Assembly: GCF_009914755.1 (NCBI RefSeq)
Contig: NC_060931.1
Strand: one strand, 5' to 3'
Length of the DNA stretch: 64,000 bases
Source of the DNA: the human T2T-CHM13v2.0 reference genome, Homo sapiens
Translations under genes and position numbers: made by a program
Notes under the pieces: generated by a model
The model's input: only the letters and a program-made list of their open reading frames with translations
Told to the model about the DNA's origin: nothing
Databases searched by the model: none
In this document: piece after piece, positions 14,800-31,739 of the stretch
How the letters are laid out: each line of letters opens with the position of its first letter
Numbering within the stretch: position 1 is the stretch's first letter

Positions 14800-15076
14800 T
14801 TTCTTTGAGACAGGGTCTTGCTCTGTTGCCAGGCTGAAGTGCAGTGGTGCAGTCATAATTCATTATAACCTCAAACTCCTGGGCTCAAGCTGTCCTCCCT
14901 CTTCAGCCTCCCAAGTAGCTGAGACTACAGGTGTGCACCACCATGCCCAACTAAAATTTTTTAAGAAATAGGGTCTTTCTATGTTGGGCTGCTCTTGAAC
15001 TCCTGGCCTTAAGTGATCCTCCTGCCTCAGCCTCCCCAAGTGCTGGTAATACAGGCACGAGCCACCATGCCTGGAC
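14800..15076 (-). mobile_element. AluJ
   Basis: J-type dimer. TSD TCAATGAAGA(T/A)CATT at 14785-14799 and 15077-15091. Confidence 0.9.
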
Positions 15077-16639
15077 TCAATGAAGAACATTCTGATGGAA
15101 AAGACTTCAAACATACTTATCTATTAGCAACAAAACTAAGAAATAATTATGTGGTGAGTCCGAAATAGGGCTCTTTGCACTGATGATTCACAAGAAATAT
15201 TAAATGACTGCAGCAACAATAAGAATCTGCTTGTTCTTTGTTTAGGAGCTGATTGCAGACCCACTTTGCCCATTTAAACTTCTTTTCAAGGCCAATAAAT
15301 TCTTATTGAGGGATTTTTATGTTCCCCTCTATTCAGAAAATAGAAGCCCCTTTTGCAACAGAAAATGTTTCGCTGACAAAAAATGTTTTTTAAACTTTGT
15401 GAAATAAACAGAAAAAAGAAATGGAACAAGTATAGTTCCTGCCATGCATAATTAACCGGGTAGCTCTTAGCATGTGTGTGTGTTTATTCATCTGATTTTC
15501 CAGCTCTTTCAAGGATCCAAATGTAAAATGGAACACTTGGGAAAAACTCACAGATTTATAAGGCACTCTGGGGAATGCAAGGTCTATAAACCCACACATT
15601 AGCCTCATCCATAGCTAGGGTATGAAGTTCTTTTACTGCCGCAATATGGACCACGATGTTTCTAATCCAGAGATAATTTGGTATCAGTAACCAATATAAC
15701 ATTGGCACTGAAATGTCCTTCATTTGCCTTTACTGCTTCCAACCTAGGCAACGTGAATGTAATTGAGTGGAAATTGCTTTTCAAGGAGTTGTGTCTGCAC
15801 TAGAACATGAAACAAAGGATTGAGAGTCCATCTCATCTCCTCAGGCCAGCTACCAAGCACTTTTATATTTGAAAACTTAACAGAAAGTTCATATGGTGGC
15901 TTCTCATGCTGAATTTATATGGTTTAAGTAGAATTATGTACTGAATACAGTTTTCACAAGCCAATAAACAGGAGTGCAAAAATAGAACCTTTACTTTTCT
16001 CTGTAATGAAGCTAAACTTCTATCTCAAGCTCTGAGTCTTCTCTGTAGCAGGAAAGTTAATCTTCCCGATTTAAATTAATTCAAATTAGTGGTTCTTCAG
16101 TCACTTTGAGAATAAAATTAGACAAATTCAGGGTTTCATGCTTTTCCTTTCATTGTTTTGGGAAGTCAGTGCAGTTCTGTGGGAACTGCATGCATCATGG
16201 TGCTGAGAAGTGAGGCAGCTTCTCCACTGGCATCTGATGACAGCACTTTCACCTGCTGATCTTTGGTCAATAGTCTCTATCTCCATAGCATCCTCTGTTG
16301 GTGTGCTTGGGTCCACCATGGCCTCTGGCTTTTCCATGCTGCTCCTGACTGGAAACCCTTGTCACAACCTCTCTCAGCCATGTCCACAACCCACTAGGGA
16401 CATTGAAAATTCTTGTGGGCTCTTCTCTAAGCTGCAGGAGTCTCAGAATTGCCAGAGCCCTTCTCACCTAGATTTGCCTCATTGTCCTCTCTGCTTTGCT
16501 ACTGCTTCAATGTGCCCATGAGGTTCACTGTGCCTTCAGGCCTCACCCACAAAGCAAGCACAATTCTTCTCTGCTCTTGGAACCCTCCAAGTCAATCTGA
16601 GCCTTCTCTCAACCTCACCCAGGAATTGGTCACTGCTAA

Positions 16640-16865
16640 ACAAGGACTCTAGAGTCAAACTTGCAGAGTGCAAACACTGGCTCTGCCACTTACTAGCTAT
16701 GAGACTTTGGGCCAGTCTCTTGACTCCTTTGTGCCTCAGCTTTCTCATCTACAAAATGGGATCTACATCATAAGGTTGTTGAGAAGAGTAAATGGATTAA
16801 AATATGTACACTTGGAATACTGGTTGGCACATAGTAAGTACTACATGGTTTGGATATGATTATTG
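16640..16865 (+). mobile_element. MIR
   Basis: GACTCTAGAGTCAAAC..CTCTGCCACTTACTAGCTATGAGACTTTGGGC..GCCTCAGCTTTCTCATCTACAAAATGGG..GGCACATAGTAAG. Confidence 0.85.
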
Positions 16866-19180
16866 CTGCTGGTCCATGGTGGAGGCTAAGAATGGGGCAC
16901 TTCTCTCAGAGCCATATCAGCATCTCCCTCCAAGCCCGTTGAGGGGAAGAATTAGCTGTCACTTCGCACTGTCTTCTCATTCTAATGTCTATTGTATAAA
17001 CATTGTGCTCTGAATCCTTCAGTCTCTTAGGCTTTGGGAAATCAAAACACCTTTTCTCTTTCAAAAACCTGAACTTATCCAATTTCAGTCTTTGACTCTG
17101 CTATAGACATCAAGAAACTATTAAACTGTTGGAAATTAAAAGTCAAGAATTTGTCTTCTTCACTTGTCTCTCCCCTAAGGTAATAGCCCTGATCTCCCTG
17201 ATCAGGGGGAAAGACTATAAGTTACAAAGTTAGCATTTCCCTCGGTTTTTTTTTTTTTTTTTTGTATGAGGAAATTAAGTTTCCATCCAATTATTTTTTT
17301 CTTTTTATTCCTTTTACGGCCATCAGAAAACTTCAGAAGAAAGAGAGATAGAAAATAGGATATTATGGGGATAAAAAGGGAAAAGGACAAGATGGCTGGC
17401 TGAATCCAGCCAGGAAGAGCTTCTCCCACTAAGAGAGGCCAGAGTAGCATGGCATATTCCAAACAGATCTTATGAGAGAATGCACTGAAAGTGGATGGAG
17501 AAATGATGCAGATACTGGGGCTGAAGTGGGAGGAAGCTGGGAACCCTGCACAAGGTTGCCAAGTGCTGGGTCTCATTCCTGCCCATGAAAGCTCCCAAGC
17601 AAGAGTGAGTGAGGGAATTGCAGAGTGGCTAACTCTTACCATGGACTGCTGGGATCCTAGCTGCAGGAGATCGCATGGCCCCCATAAGCATTTAAGTTGG
17701 CAGGGAAAACTACCAGGAGAGTCAGTAGAGACAGAGATCCAGTCTGCACAGAACCTGGGGAATTTGGTGTACAAAGGGGTGCAAAGGAATACGGACATAC
17801 CACAAGGCTTGCCATACTTCTCTAGGTGGCTCTGACCTTTGTTAACTGCTTGACCTGGCAAGCAGGGCTGTCTTTTCCATGGGACCAAGTAAAGTGTGAT
17901 CTACACACACACACACCCATCCACTGGTCCCTCCCAGGGTCCCTGCCTGGCCACTTCCATGAAATCAGGCACACAGTGAAGCCTCCCCTGCTCTGCCAGA
18001 GCACTTTTGCCAATCACCAACACCATAGTGCTATTACTGGTGGCCCCCGCCACCCCACCATAGCACTTTCACTGGTGGCCCCCACTGCTCTACTGGAGCA
18101 CTTTCACCAATGGCCCCCCAACTGTCTTGCTGGAGTGCTTTTGCTGGTAATCCCTGATGCAACACTTTAGCCAGCAGCCACCAACAGAGCACTTTTGCCA
18201 GTGACCTAGAAGCACCTCAACCCTCCAACCTCAGTATGGCCAGTGCTCAGCCTAGAGGGGCCAGATGGCAAAGGCATGGGGATGGTCCCAGCCCCCTAGG
18301 GCTAGAGGACACAGCTCAGGAGTGCTATACTAAGGCTTGTCCATCTGAAAACATCCATAACTCCAACTTATAGTTGAAGTCAATCAACTATATTCAACTT
18401 AAATGATCCAAGAGTTGAAAGATGATATAACCATTTTAAGAAAGATTTAAACTGAACTTCTAGAATTGAAGAATTCACTACAGCAATTTTGGAATACAAT
18501 GGAAGTATTAACAACAGAATAGTCCAAGCTGAGGAAAAAATCTCAGAGCTTGAAGATTGCTCCTTCAAATCAATGCAAGCAGACAAAAATATGGAAAAAA
18601 GAATTTTAAAAATGAACAAAACCTCCAAGAAATATGGGATTATGTAAGGAGACCAAACCTATGACTCATTGACATTCCTGAAAGAAAAGGAAAGTAAACA
18701 ACTTGGAAAACATATTTCAGTATATAATTTACAAAAATTTTCCCAATCATGCTAGAGAGGTTGACATGCAAATTCAAAAAATTCAGAAAACCCCTGCGAG
18801 ATACTATACAAGATGACCATTTCCAAGACACAGTCATCAGATTGTCCAAGACCAACAGGAAAGAAAAAAATCTTAAAGGTAGAGGAAAGGAGCCAGTCAC
18901 TTAAAAAGAAAACTCCATCAGGTTAACAGTGGACCTTTCAGCAGAAACCTTACAAGCCAGAAGAGACTGGGAGCCTATTTTCAGTGTCCTTAAAGAGAAG
19001 AACTTCCAACCAAGAATTTCATATCCCCCCAAACTAAGCTTTATAAACAAGGGAGAAATAAAATCCTTTTCAAACAAGCAAATGGTAAGGAAATGTTTTA
19101 CCACTAGGCCTGCCTTACATAAGGTCCTTAAGGAAGTGCTAAATATAGCAACAAAAGAAAGATTTCTGCCATCAAAAAAA

Positions 19181-19205
19181 CACACACACACACACACATA
19201 CACAC
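19181..19205. repeat. (CA)n microsatellite within the 5' TSD of the pseudogene
   Basis: CACACACACACACACACATACACAC versus unexpanded CACAC in the 3' TSD (21783-21794). Confidence 0.85.
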
Positions 19206-19207
19206 TT

Positions 19208-21782
<2,575 letters not shown>

Positions 21783-24700
21783 AAAAACACACTTAAGTAC
21801 ATAGCCCACTGACACTAGCAAGCAACTACACAATCAAGTTTATGTAACTATCAGCCAACAACATAATGATAGGATAAAATCCTCATATATCAGTAGTAAC
21901 CTTGAATGTAAACAGGCTAAATGCCCCATTTAAAAGATGTAGAGTAGCAAGTTGGATAAGGAAGGAAGATCCAACTGTCTGCTGTCTTCAAGAGACCCAT
22001 CTCACACATAACACCCATAGGCTCAAAGCAAAGGGATGGAGAAAGATCTATTATGCAAATAGAAAACAAAAAAAGAGCAGGGGTTGCTATTCTTCTATCA
22101 GATCAAAAAGACCTTAAACCAGCAATGATCAAAAAGGACAAAGAAGGACATTATATAATGATAAAGGGTCCTACACAAAGACTCAACTATCCTAAATATA
22201 CATGCACCCAACACTGGAGCACCCAGATTCATAAGACAAGTTCTTAGAGACTTAAAAAAAGACTTAGCCACACGATAATAGTGGGAGACTTCAACAGCCC
22301 CACTGACAGCATTAGACACATCATCAAGGCAGAAAACTAACAAAGATATTCTGGACTTAAACTCAACACTTGACTAATTGGACTTAATAGACATCTACCA
22401 AATACTCCATCAAACAACAACAGAATTACATTTTTCTTATCTGCCCATGGCACATACTCAAGATCAACCACATGCTCGGCTGTAAAGCAAGTCTCAATAA
22501 ATTTTAAAAAACTGAAATTATACTAACCACCCTCTTAAACCACAGTGCAAAAAAAATAGAAATCAATGTCAACATCTCTCAAAACAATACAATTACACAG
22601 AAATTAAACAATTTGATCCTGAATAGCTTTTGGGTAACAAACAAAATTAAGACAAATCAAAAACTTTTTGAAATTAATGAAAACAGTGATACAATACACC
22701 AAAGTCTTTGGAAAACCATTAAAGCAGTGTTAAAAGGAAAGTTTATAGTACTAAATGCCTACATCAAGTAGTTAGAAAGATCTCAAATTAACAACCTAAC
22801 ATCATATCTAGAGGAACCAGAAAAACAAGAGCAAACTAAACCCAAAGCTAGCAGAAGAAAAGAAATAACCAAAATCAGAGTAGAATTGAATGAAATTGAG
22901 ACTCAAAAATCTATTAAAAAGATCAATGAAACCAAAAGTTTGGTTTTCTCAAAGAATAAATAAGAATGATATACCACTAGCTAGGTTAACAAAGAAAGAA
23001 TGAGATAAAATCCATATAAGCACAATCAGAAATGACAAAGATGACATTACAACTGACCCCACCAAAAAAAAAAATCCTCAGAGACCATTACTAACATCTC
23101 TGTGTACATAAACTAGAAAACCTAGAAGAAATGGATAAATTCCTGGAAACACACAACCTCCCAAGAATAAACCAGGAAGAAACTGAAACCCTGAACAGAC
23201 CAATAACAAGTTCCAAAATGGAATCAGTAATTTAAAAAACCTAAGAGCTAAAAAAGTCCTGGACCAAACAGATTCACAGCTGAATTCTACCAGACATACA
23301 ACAAAGAGCTAGTACAAATCCTATTAAAATTATTCCAAGAAATCAGGGAAGGGGGGCTTCTCCCTAACTCATTCTACAAGGCCAGCATCATTCTGATACC
23401 AAAACCTGGCCCAACAAAATGCCAGCAAACTGAATCCAGCAGCATATCAACAAGTTAATTCATCATGATCAAGTACACTTTATCCCTAGGATGTAAGGTT
23501 AGATCAACATACACAAATCAATCAATGTGATTCACCATGTGAAGAAAATTAAAAACAAAAATCATATGCTCATATCAATACACACAGAAAAAACTTTCAA
23601 TAAAATTCAACACCCCTTCATGTTAAAAACCCTCAACAAACTAGGCATCAAAGAAACACACTTCAAAATAATAAGAGCCATCTATGGCAAACCCACAGCC
23701 AACATCATACTGAATGGGCAAAAACTGGAAGCACTCCACTTGAGAACTGGAACAAGACAAGGATGCCTATTCTTACTACTCCTATTCAAGATAGTACTGA
23801 AAGTTCTAGCCAGAGCAATTAGGCAAAACAAAGAAATAAAAAGCACCCAGATAGGAGAAGAAGAAATCAAATTATGTCTCTTTGCTGACAATATAATACT
23901 ATACCTAGAAAACCTCAAAATCTACCAAAAGACTCCTAGAACTGATAAATGACTTCAGTAAAGGTTCAGGTTACAAAATCAATGTACAAAACTCAGTAAC
24001 ATTTCTATACACCAATAACGTTCAAGCTGAGAGCCAAATCTAGAAGGTAATCCCATATATAATAACCAGAAAAACAATTTTTTAAAAAAACTTAGGAATA
24101 CAGCTATCCAAGGAGGTAAAATATCTCTACAATGAGAATTACAAAATGCTGTTGAAATAAATCAGAGATAACACAAACAAATGAAAAAACATTACATGCT
24201 CATGGATTGGAGGAATCGATATTGTTAAAATGGCCATAAACTCAAGGCTACTTACAAATTCAATGTTATTCCTATTTACCCCAATGTCATTTTTCACAGA
24301 ATTAGAAAAAAATGATGCTAAAATTCATATGGAACCATAAAAGAGTCCAAATAGCCAAAGCAATTATAAGCAAAAAGAACAAAGCTGGCAGCATCTTACT
24401 ACATGATTTCAAACTATACTATAAGGCTACGGTAACCAAAACAGCACGGTACTGTACAAAGACAGACACATAGACCAATGGAACAGAATAGAAAACCCAG
24501 ATGTAAAGCCACACCTATAACCACCTGATCTTCAACAAAATTGACAATAAAAAGCAATGGTAAATTGACTTATGTTATTTATTCAACAAATTGTTCAGGG
24601 ATAACTTGGTAGGCATATGCAGAAGATTGAATCTGGACCCCTACCTCTCACCATATACAAAAATTAACTCAAGATAGATTAAAAACTTAAATTTAAAATG

Positions 24701-26510
24701 TAAAACTATTAAAATCCTAGAAGAAAAACTAGAAAATACCATTCCAGACATGGGCCTTGGGAAATAATTTATGTCTAAGTCCACAAAAGCATTTGCAACA
24801 AAACCAAAAATTGACAAGTAAAAACTAATTAAATTAAAGAGCTTCTGCACAGCAAAAGAAATTATCAATAGAGTAAACAGACAATGTACAGAATGGGAGA
24901 AAATATTCACAAACTATGCATCTGACAAAGGTCTAATATCCAAAATCTATAAGGAACTTAAAAATTCAAAGATCAAAAAACAAATAATCTCATTTAAAAA
25001 GGACATGAACAGACACTTCTCAAAAGAAGACATTCATGTGGCCAACAAATACATGAAAAAACACTCAACATCAGCAATCATTAGAAAAATGCAAATCAAA
25101 ATCACAATGAAATACTGTCTTATGCCAGTTAGAATGGCTATTACTAAAAAGTCTAAAAATAACACGCCCTGGTGAGGTTGTAGAGAAAAGGGAACACTTA
25201 TACACTATTGGTTGTTATGTAAATTAGTTCAGCCTCTGTGGAAAGCAGTTTGGAGATTTCTCAAAGAACTTAGAACTAGCATTTGACCCTGCAATCTTAT
25301 CCAGAGGAAAATAAATCATTCTACCAAAAAGACACACACACACGAATGTTCATTACAGCACTATTCGCAATAGCAAAGACATAGAATCAACCTAGATGCT
25401 CATCAATGGTGGACTGGTTAAAGAAAATGTGGTACATACCCACTATGGAATACTATGCAGCCATAAAAAAGAATGAAATTGTGTCCTTTGCAATAGCATA
25501 GATGAAGGTGGAGGCCATTATCATAAGCGAACTAAGGCAGGAACAGAAAATTAAATATCACATGTTCTCACTCATAAGTATGAGCTAATATTGAGTACAC
25601 TAGGACATAAACATGAGAACAATGGAAACCTGAGACTACTAGAGCGGGGAGGATGAGAGAGTGAGAGGGGGTAAAGGTTGAAAAATTATCCAGTACTATG
25701 CTCCCTACCTGGCTGATGGGATCATTTGTACACCAAACTCCAGGAACATGCAATTTACCCTTGTAAGAAACCTGCACACGTACCTACTGAACCTAAAATA
25801 AAAGTTGAAAGAAAAAACAAGAAAACAGAATGAGAAGGAAGAATTGGTGCAATCCACTGAAAATTCTTGTTAGCAAAGTGATGGTCCTTGGGTCAGAAGT
25901 TAGAGAATATGGCTTGCTCATTGGTGTGTTTTTGACATCTTTCTGCTTTTGCTCTCTTCTCTCTACTTTCCAATGATGAGAAGTGGAGATTTTATTTAAT
26001 ACTAGGCAGGTGAATTCAACTAAAATACTGCAAGGGCTGGCCTTGTTTTCCATGCCACAGTACCTCATTCAGCAAACAAGCTGGTGGTTTGCTAGGAAGC
26101 ATTTTCTCTTAATTGAACTGCTAGTCTGATCATTTGTGGGGATACGAATAAGAAGGTGGCTAGGCTGGCCACACCTGTCCCATGCTTCAAATATTTCCAG
26201 AAGTCTTGAGAGCAGTTAAACACTATCCAAGGCAATAACCCACTAAATGAATGACTTCAGGCAACTCATGGAAAAATGTGAAAAATACACTAAAACAAGT
26301 GTGACAGTGTCATCTGCAACAGCACAAAATCAACCCGTATCACCAGGACTCAGCTGCTCTATGATTGGAGCAAAGATGCTAATGGTTATACTAAAAAATT
26401 AAAATTAGTAATAATTCTGTTCCCACAAGAGCTTTGTTCTGTTCTGAGCACAAATGGCATCAACATCTTGGAAGCTGATGGTTAGCTAACTTGAAGCAGA
26501 TCCTCTAGAA

Positions 26511-26815
26511 ATTTATTTGTTTATGTATTTATTTTAGAGACAGGGTCTTGCTTTGTCACCCAGGCTGGAGTGCAGTTGTGCAATCATAGCTCACTGGAGC
26601 CTCAACCTCCTGGGCTCAAGTGATCCTCCCGCCTCAGCCTCCTAAGTAGCTGGGTCTACAGGCATGCACCACATGCCCAGATAATTTCTTATTTTTTGTA
26701 GATATAGGGTCTTTCTGTGTTGCCCAGGCATGTCTTGAACTCCTGGCCTCAAGCAATCTTCTCACCTCAGCTTCCCAAAGCCTAAGATTACAGGCATGAG
26801 CCACTGCGCCCAGTC
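26511..26815 (-). mobile_element. AluJ
   Basis: J-type dimer with degenerate (TTTA)-type tail. Confidence 0.9.
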
Positions 26816-27534
26816 TAAACATTTATTAAAATCATGGGGTTTCCCACTGGAATTTTCATTTTTAGCTCTAAATATGTTTTTGGTTACTGAACCAGATCTT
26901 CCAGCATTAGAATACATCCCCTGTGCATACTCAAGAGATATATTGCCTCTTCCAGGCCACTACAGGAATATTTGATGAATTATGACCCAGGCTATAATAG
27001 GAGAACATTACTCACACCGAGTCCCTGAAAGCATCTGTTTAGTTCCACAGGCTCAAATGTTACAGCTTAAAGTCTTCAAAAACCTTTTTAAGAAACAGCT
27101 AAATGACACCACCAGGCATTTTCAATCAACCCACATTCATTTGAACTTCAAGTGGTCAAACTTTGTGTGAGAAAAGGTAACACCTTTTTCTCAATAGTCA
27201 TGTGCTACCTCAATACAATGTTCTTCCACCCTCAGATTAGCTCCATCCACGGTTTTTAAATGTCAGCTTTCAGGCGCTAATGAATCCACAGCTTCAGCTC
27301 AGTGGTTACAATGGAGTTAATTATGATATATGAGATTCAGGATCCTTGAGAATGCCCCAGGCAGGGAGCTTTTAAAATCTCAGATTCATTTATGTACGTA
27401 ATGGAGGCTGTTCCATGTTTCTGTAAAACCACGAAATTATTGATCATTTTCATTGGCATCACTTTCATCCTAATAGTCTCAGACTGATATTAAATGTATA
27501 ATTAAATGACTGCCCCATTGTTTGGTCTCAGATA

Positions 27535-27730
27535 ATAGTAATAGCTCACACTTAACAGAGGGTTTATTATGGTCTACTCACTGTGCTAAGTTCTTTACTA
27601 CAAACATTGTCATTTTATATAAGCCTCAGGAAGGTTCAGGAGCTTGTCTAATGTCACACAGCTCATGAGTGGTGGCACTGGAACTAAACCCAGGTTGGTC
27701 TGATTTCAGAGCATGAACTCTTTACTCCAC
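27535..27730 (-). mobile_element. MIR (internally deleted)
   Basis: ATAATAGTAATAGCTCACACTT..CACTGTGCTAAG..CTTGTCTAATGTCACACAGCT..AAACCCAGG..TCTGATTTCAGAGC. Confidence 0.65.
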
Positions 27731-28153
27731 CAGCCCCTCCCACTGCATATACTACATAATTTAATCAAAAATAGAGCTTCTCTATTTTCAGCCGCCAAAT
27801 CAGAGCCAAATATGATTTTGACTCTGAATAGATATTAAATTTTCCTCCTTGAATTGTCTTTCCTTTTTTCCTTCTTTCCTTTTTAGCGTATCTCTTTGCG
27901 TCCTTTCACCTTAAATCCCTGCCCCCTTTTAAATGCCAAGAGTCTCAAGCTCCACCCTTACAGAACGCCCCTGCAATAACACAGCATATCCATTAGGGTC
28001 TAGAAGTCACTCGGAAAATTAAAGCAAAACCTCACAAAATATGATCATTCTTAATTCTTAAAAAATTAAAAACAAGCTGAACAAAATATTTTGTCATAAA
28101 AACTTGTACATTTGTACTGATATTTGCTTCTTTATAGCCCATATCTGAAATTA

Positions 28154-29312
28154 CAGTCATGCACCACATGATGATGTTTCAGTCAGCAATGGGCCACACT
28201 GCCAGTCTATAAAAGTATAGCACATGCAATTGTGCATAGTATATAACACTTGATAACGATAATAAATATGTTACTGGGTTATGTATTTATTAGACAACAC
28301 TTATCATCATTTTAGAGTGTAATATGTCTACATATGTTTTTAAAAAGTTAACTGTAAAACAACCTCAGGCAGATCCTTCAGGTGTATTCCAGAAGAAGGC
28401 ATTGCTATCATAGGAGATGGTAGCTCCATGTGTATTATTGCCCCTGAAGACCTTCTAGTGGGGCAAGGTGTGGAGGTGGAAGACAGTCATACTGACAATC
28501 CTGATCCTGTGTAGGCCTAGGCTAGAGTATGTTTTTGTCCAGGTTGGAGTGCAATGGTACCAGCATAGCTCACTGAGCCTCAAACTCCCAGGCTCAAGCA
28601 ATCCTCCCACCTTGGTCTCCCAAAGTACTGGGATTACAATGCAAACTGCCACACTGGACCCCTAAAATTTTTAAAACTAGAAAAAAGTTTACAGAATAAG
28701 GCTATAAAGAAAATACTTCTGTACAGCTATATAATGTGTTTGTGTTTTAACCTAAGTGTTATTACAAAAGTCAAAAAGTTAGAAAAAATTTTAAATATAT
28801 GAAGTAAAAAACATTACAACAAGTTAAGGTTAACTTATTATTGAATAAAGAAAAATACTTTTTATAAATGTAGTGTAGCCTAAGCATACAGTGTTTATAA
28901 AGTCCACAGCAGTGTACAGCAATGTCCTAGGCCTTCACATTCACCCACCACTCACTCACTGACACCCAGAGTAACTTTGAGTTCTGTAAGTTCTGTTCAT
29001 GGCAAGTGCCTTAGGCAGGTGTACCATTTCTTTATCTTTTATACTGTATTTTTACTATGTCTTTTCTATGTTTAGATATGGATGAATACATAAATACTTA
29101 CATTGTGTTCCAGTGTCCTACAGTATTCAATACACTAATACGCTGTACAGGTTTGTAGCCTAGGAACAATAAGCTATATAGCCTGGGTGTGTAGTAGGCT
29201 ATACCACCTAGGTTTGTGTAGGTACACACTACGATGTTTGCACTATGACAAAATCTTCTAGTGATGCATTTCTCAGAAGAGGATATCTCTGTCATTAAGC
29301 AATGCATAACTA
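28154..29312. mobile_element. Tigger3/Golem non-autonomous DNA transposon (Tigger3b-like) with an Alu monomer inside
   Basis: TA+CAGTCATGCACCACAT left end and CATTAAGCAATGCATAACT right end. Typical internal GGTGTATTCCAGAAGAAGGCATTG and TAGGCTATACCACCTAGG. Confidence 0.85.
28532..28660 (-). mobile_element. Alu monomer (FLAM or recombined AluJ) within Tigger3
   Basis: CCAGGTTGGAGTGCAATGG..GCTCAAGCAATCCTCCCACCTTGGTCTCCCAAAGTACTGGGATTAC. Confidence 0.75.
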
Positions 29313-30119
29313 ATCTAATTTAAAATACCCCAAAAACTTAATTTGGACTTGCTAATTTTTCATTGTACATTATAGTTAGATTAATTGTTAACTTACTGTC
29401 ACTTTCATCCATTTTCTAATCATTCCTAATATCATGTTTAAGTAGTTTATTTTTACACCATTAAAATATAGAAATACTGTAAATCAGTATAAAATGACAC
29501 ATATAATTTTGTTAAAACTTACATAGAGTAAGTATGTATTAGTCTATGTGGTACTCACAATAATTAATTTCATCATGGGGAAAATTATAATAGTCTTTAA
29601 AATTATTACATGAGTATAATCTAAATGATAGGGTTGCATTCTGTGATCTGTTGTGCAAACACGACATGGACACCACACGATACAAATATAAAATAAGATT
29701 TTTAGGAAAAAGCAGTCAAAGAAACATCAGAGGTTATGAGCTCCATCCTCTTGCTATCCTGCAGTGAGGCAATCTCAAGTCAAGAATATCCAGGCATACC
29801 ATGGAAAGCACATTGGAGGAAGGACCGCACACCTGTGCCACTTTACATAGTTATCAAAGCATGGAAAGGGGCCAGGAAAGCTCTAGATACCTGTAAAACA
29901 ATGGGAACTTCATGGAAAGGAGATGACCTTCTTAGAAAGGGGAACTGTCCTGAGGTCAGCCTCTGGATAGCCTACTCTTCTGAAGAATCAGCTTCTTTCC
30001 AAGCTTGTGAAAAAGCAGAAGGGATGAGCCTCCAGAAAAGTCTCTGGATTTGTATCTTCTCAGCATCTAAGCCAATATTTTTAGCGTGTCTTTATTTCAA
30101 ATGGGAACAACTTAAAATA

Positions 30120-31045
30120 TGTCAAAAGGACACAGCAACCAACTTAGAGGGGCTCTCAATGGTCAGATTTGAGGAAATTTAAGTAACAATAAGAAAAAAT
30201 TATAGTAATGGATTACGACCCACAGACTAAAATAAGAAACAAAGGGCCCACAATGATATAAATAAACAAATAAAATCTTCTCACAGTAGGCTTCCAACTT
30301 ATAGATGTTGGATAAAGGAATGATGAAAATGGAAAATCAATTTGGCAAATATCACAGTAATCATTTTTCTTCAGACAAGAATAATTGATAAGTTCTTAAA
30401 TTTCTGAGTGAAAGTTTGATGAGATACAGAATAGTTTACTGAGTCACAAAGTATCTTTCCATAAGATGTATATTAATCACCATGGAAAAAGAATAACTTT
30501 TTGGAAAAGCCTGGTAGATACCTTCTTAAGTGATTAAAAGTTATCACCAGTAATGGAATAAGTTAATTCCGTGTGCTTCTCAATATAATGCACTGAATAT
30601 CAATTTTATGATCTTCTTGACAAAAGGGTGCATAACCTAATTTGAATCATGAAGAAACATCAGAAAAATTCAAACTGAGTGACATCCTTCGAAATAACTG
30701 GTCAGTCAATGCTTTTCAAAAAGTGTCAAAGTTGATGGAAGACAAAAAAGACCAAGGAACTAGCACAGATTAAAAGACCCAAGGATACATGATAACTAAA
30801 TCCATCACGAAATCCTGGGTTAGGTCTTGGACCAGAAAGGAAATTCATGGAACGGTTGCTGAAGTTTGATATGCATTATTAATAGTACTGTATCAATGTT
30901 AATTTCTTGATTCTAATAATTTTACTATCATTAGGTAAGGTATAAGCTTTTGGGAATCTGGGCAAAGGGCTTGCAGATATCCTTTGTACTGTTTTTACAA
31001 CTTTTTGTAAGTGTGAAATTATTTTTAAGTGAAAAGTTAAAAAAA
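30120..31045 (+). mobile_element. Old L1M (L1MC-type) 3' region
   Basis: CAAAAGGACACAGCAACCAACTT..AATCATGAAGAAACATCAGAAAAATTCAAACTGAG..GTACTGTTTTTACAACTTTTTGTAAGTGTGAAATTATT. Confidence 0.7.
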
Positions 31046-31299
31046 TGAGCAATGATTGTTAAAACCCTAGTAAACTCTGAAGTAAGTACTTTTAGTATTT
31101 AAATATTTCTTTGTTTTACTAATTGTATATTTCACTCTGTAGTAATGTATAATTTGATCCTACTATTAAAATAATTCTAAATTTGTTTTGTGTACATTTG
31201 TGAAATAAAGAAGAAAGACAGTGCACATTATTTTTTTCTATTGTCAGCAGTTCTATGTCCTTTGCTCTTCAACTTCCTAATTTCTCACTCCTTCAAGAC

Positions 31300-31460
31300 T
31301 TGAAATATAGCTTACACTTCCATTCTCTTGATTCTTCACAAATCTACAAAACTTCTCTCTTAAGGGTCACTAGTGACTTCCTAGCAACTCAATCCAAGGG
31401 TATTTCTTAGTCTTCACTGTCATTATGCTTCCGCAATGTGACAACATGGGTGACTGCTTT
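31300..31460 (+). mobile_element. L2 fragment
   Basis: AAACTTCTCTCTTAAGGGTCACTAGTGACTTCC..AATCCAAGGG..AGTCTTCA resembles L2 ORF2. Confidence 0.55.
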
Positions 31461-31537
31461 TAAAAAAATAAAAGGTGTGTCAACAGTTATTAACTCATGG
31501 ACCATCTTGTTTTACCTAGTCCCATTCCCACTAGATT

Positions 31538-31739
<202 letters not shown>

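Noticed and set aside
17202-18170. Long overlapping ORFs (228, 114 and 114 aa) and short GC-rich tandem motifs
   Set aside because: They fall in the L1 5'UTR, whose GC-rich repeats give spurious ORFs; no protein similarity recognised.
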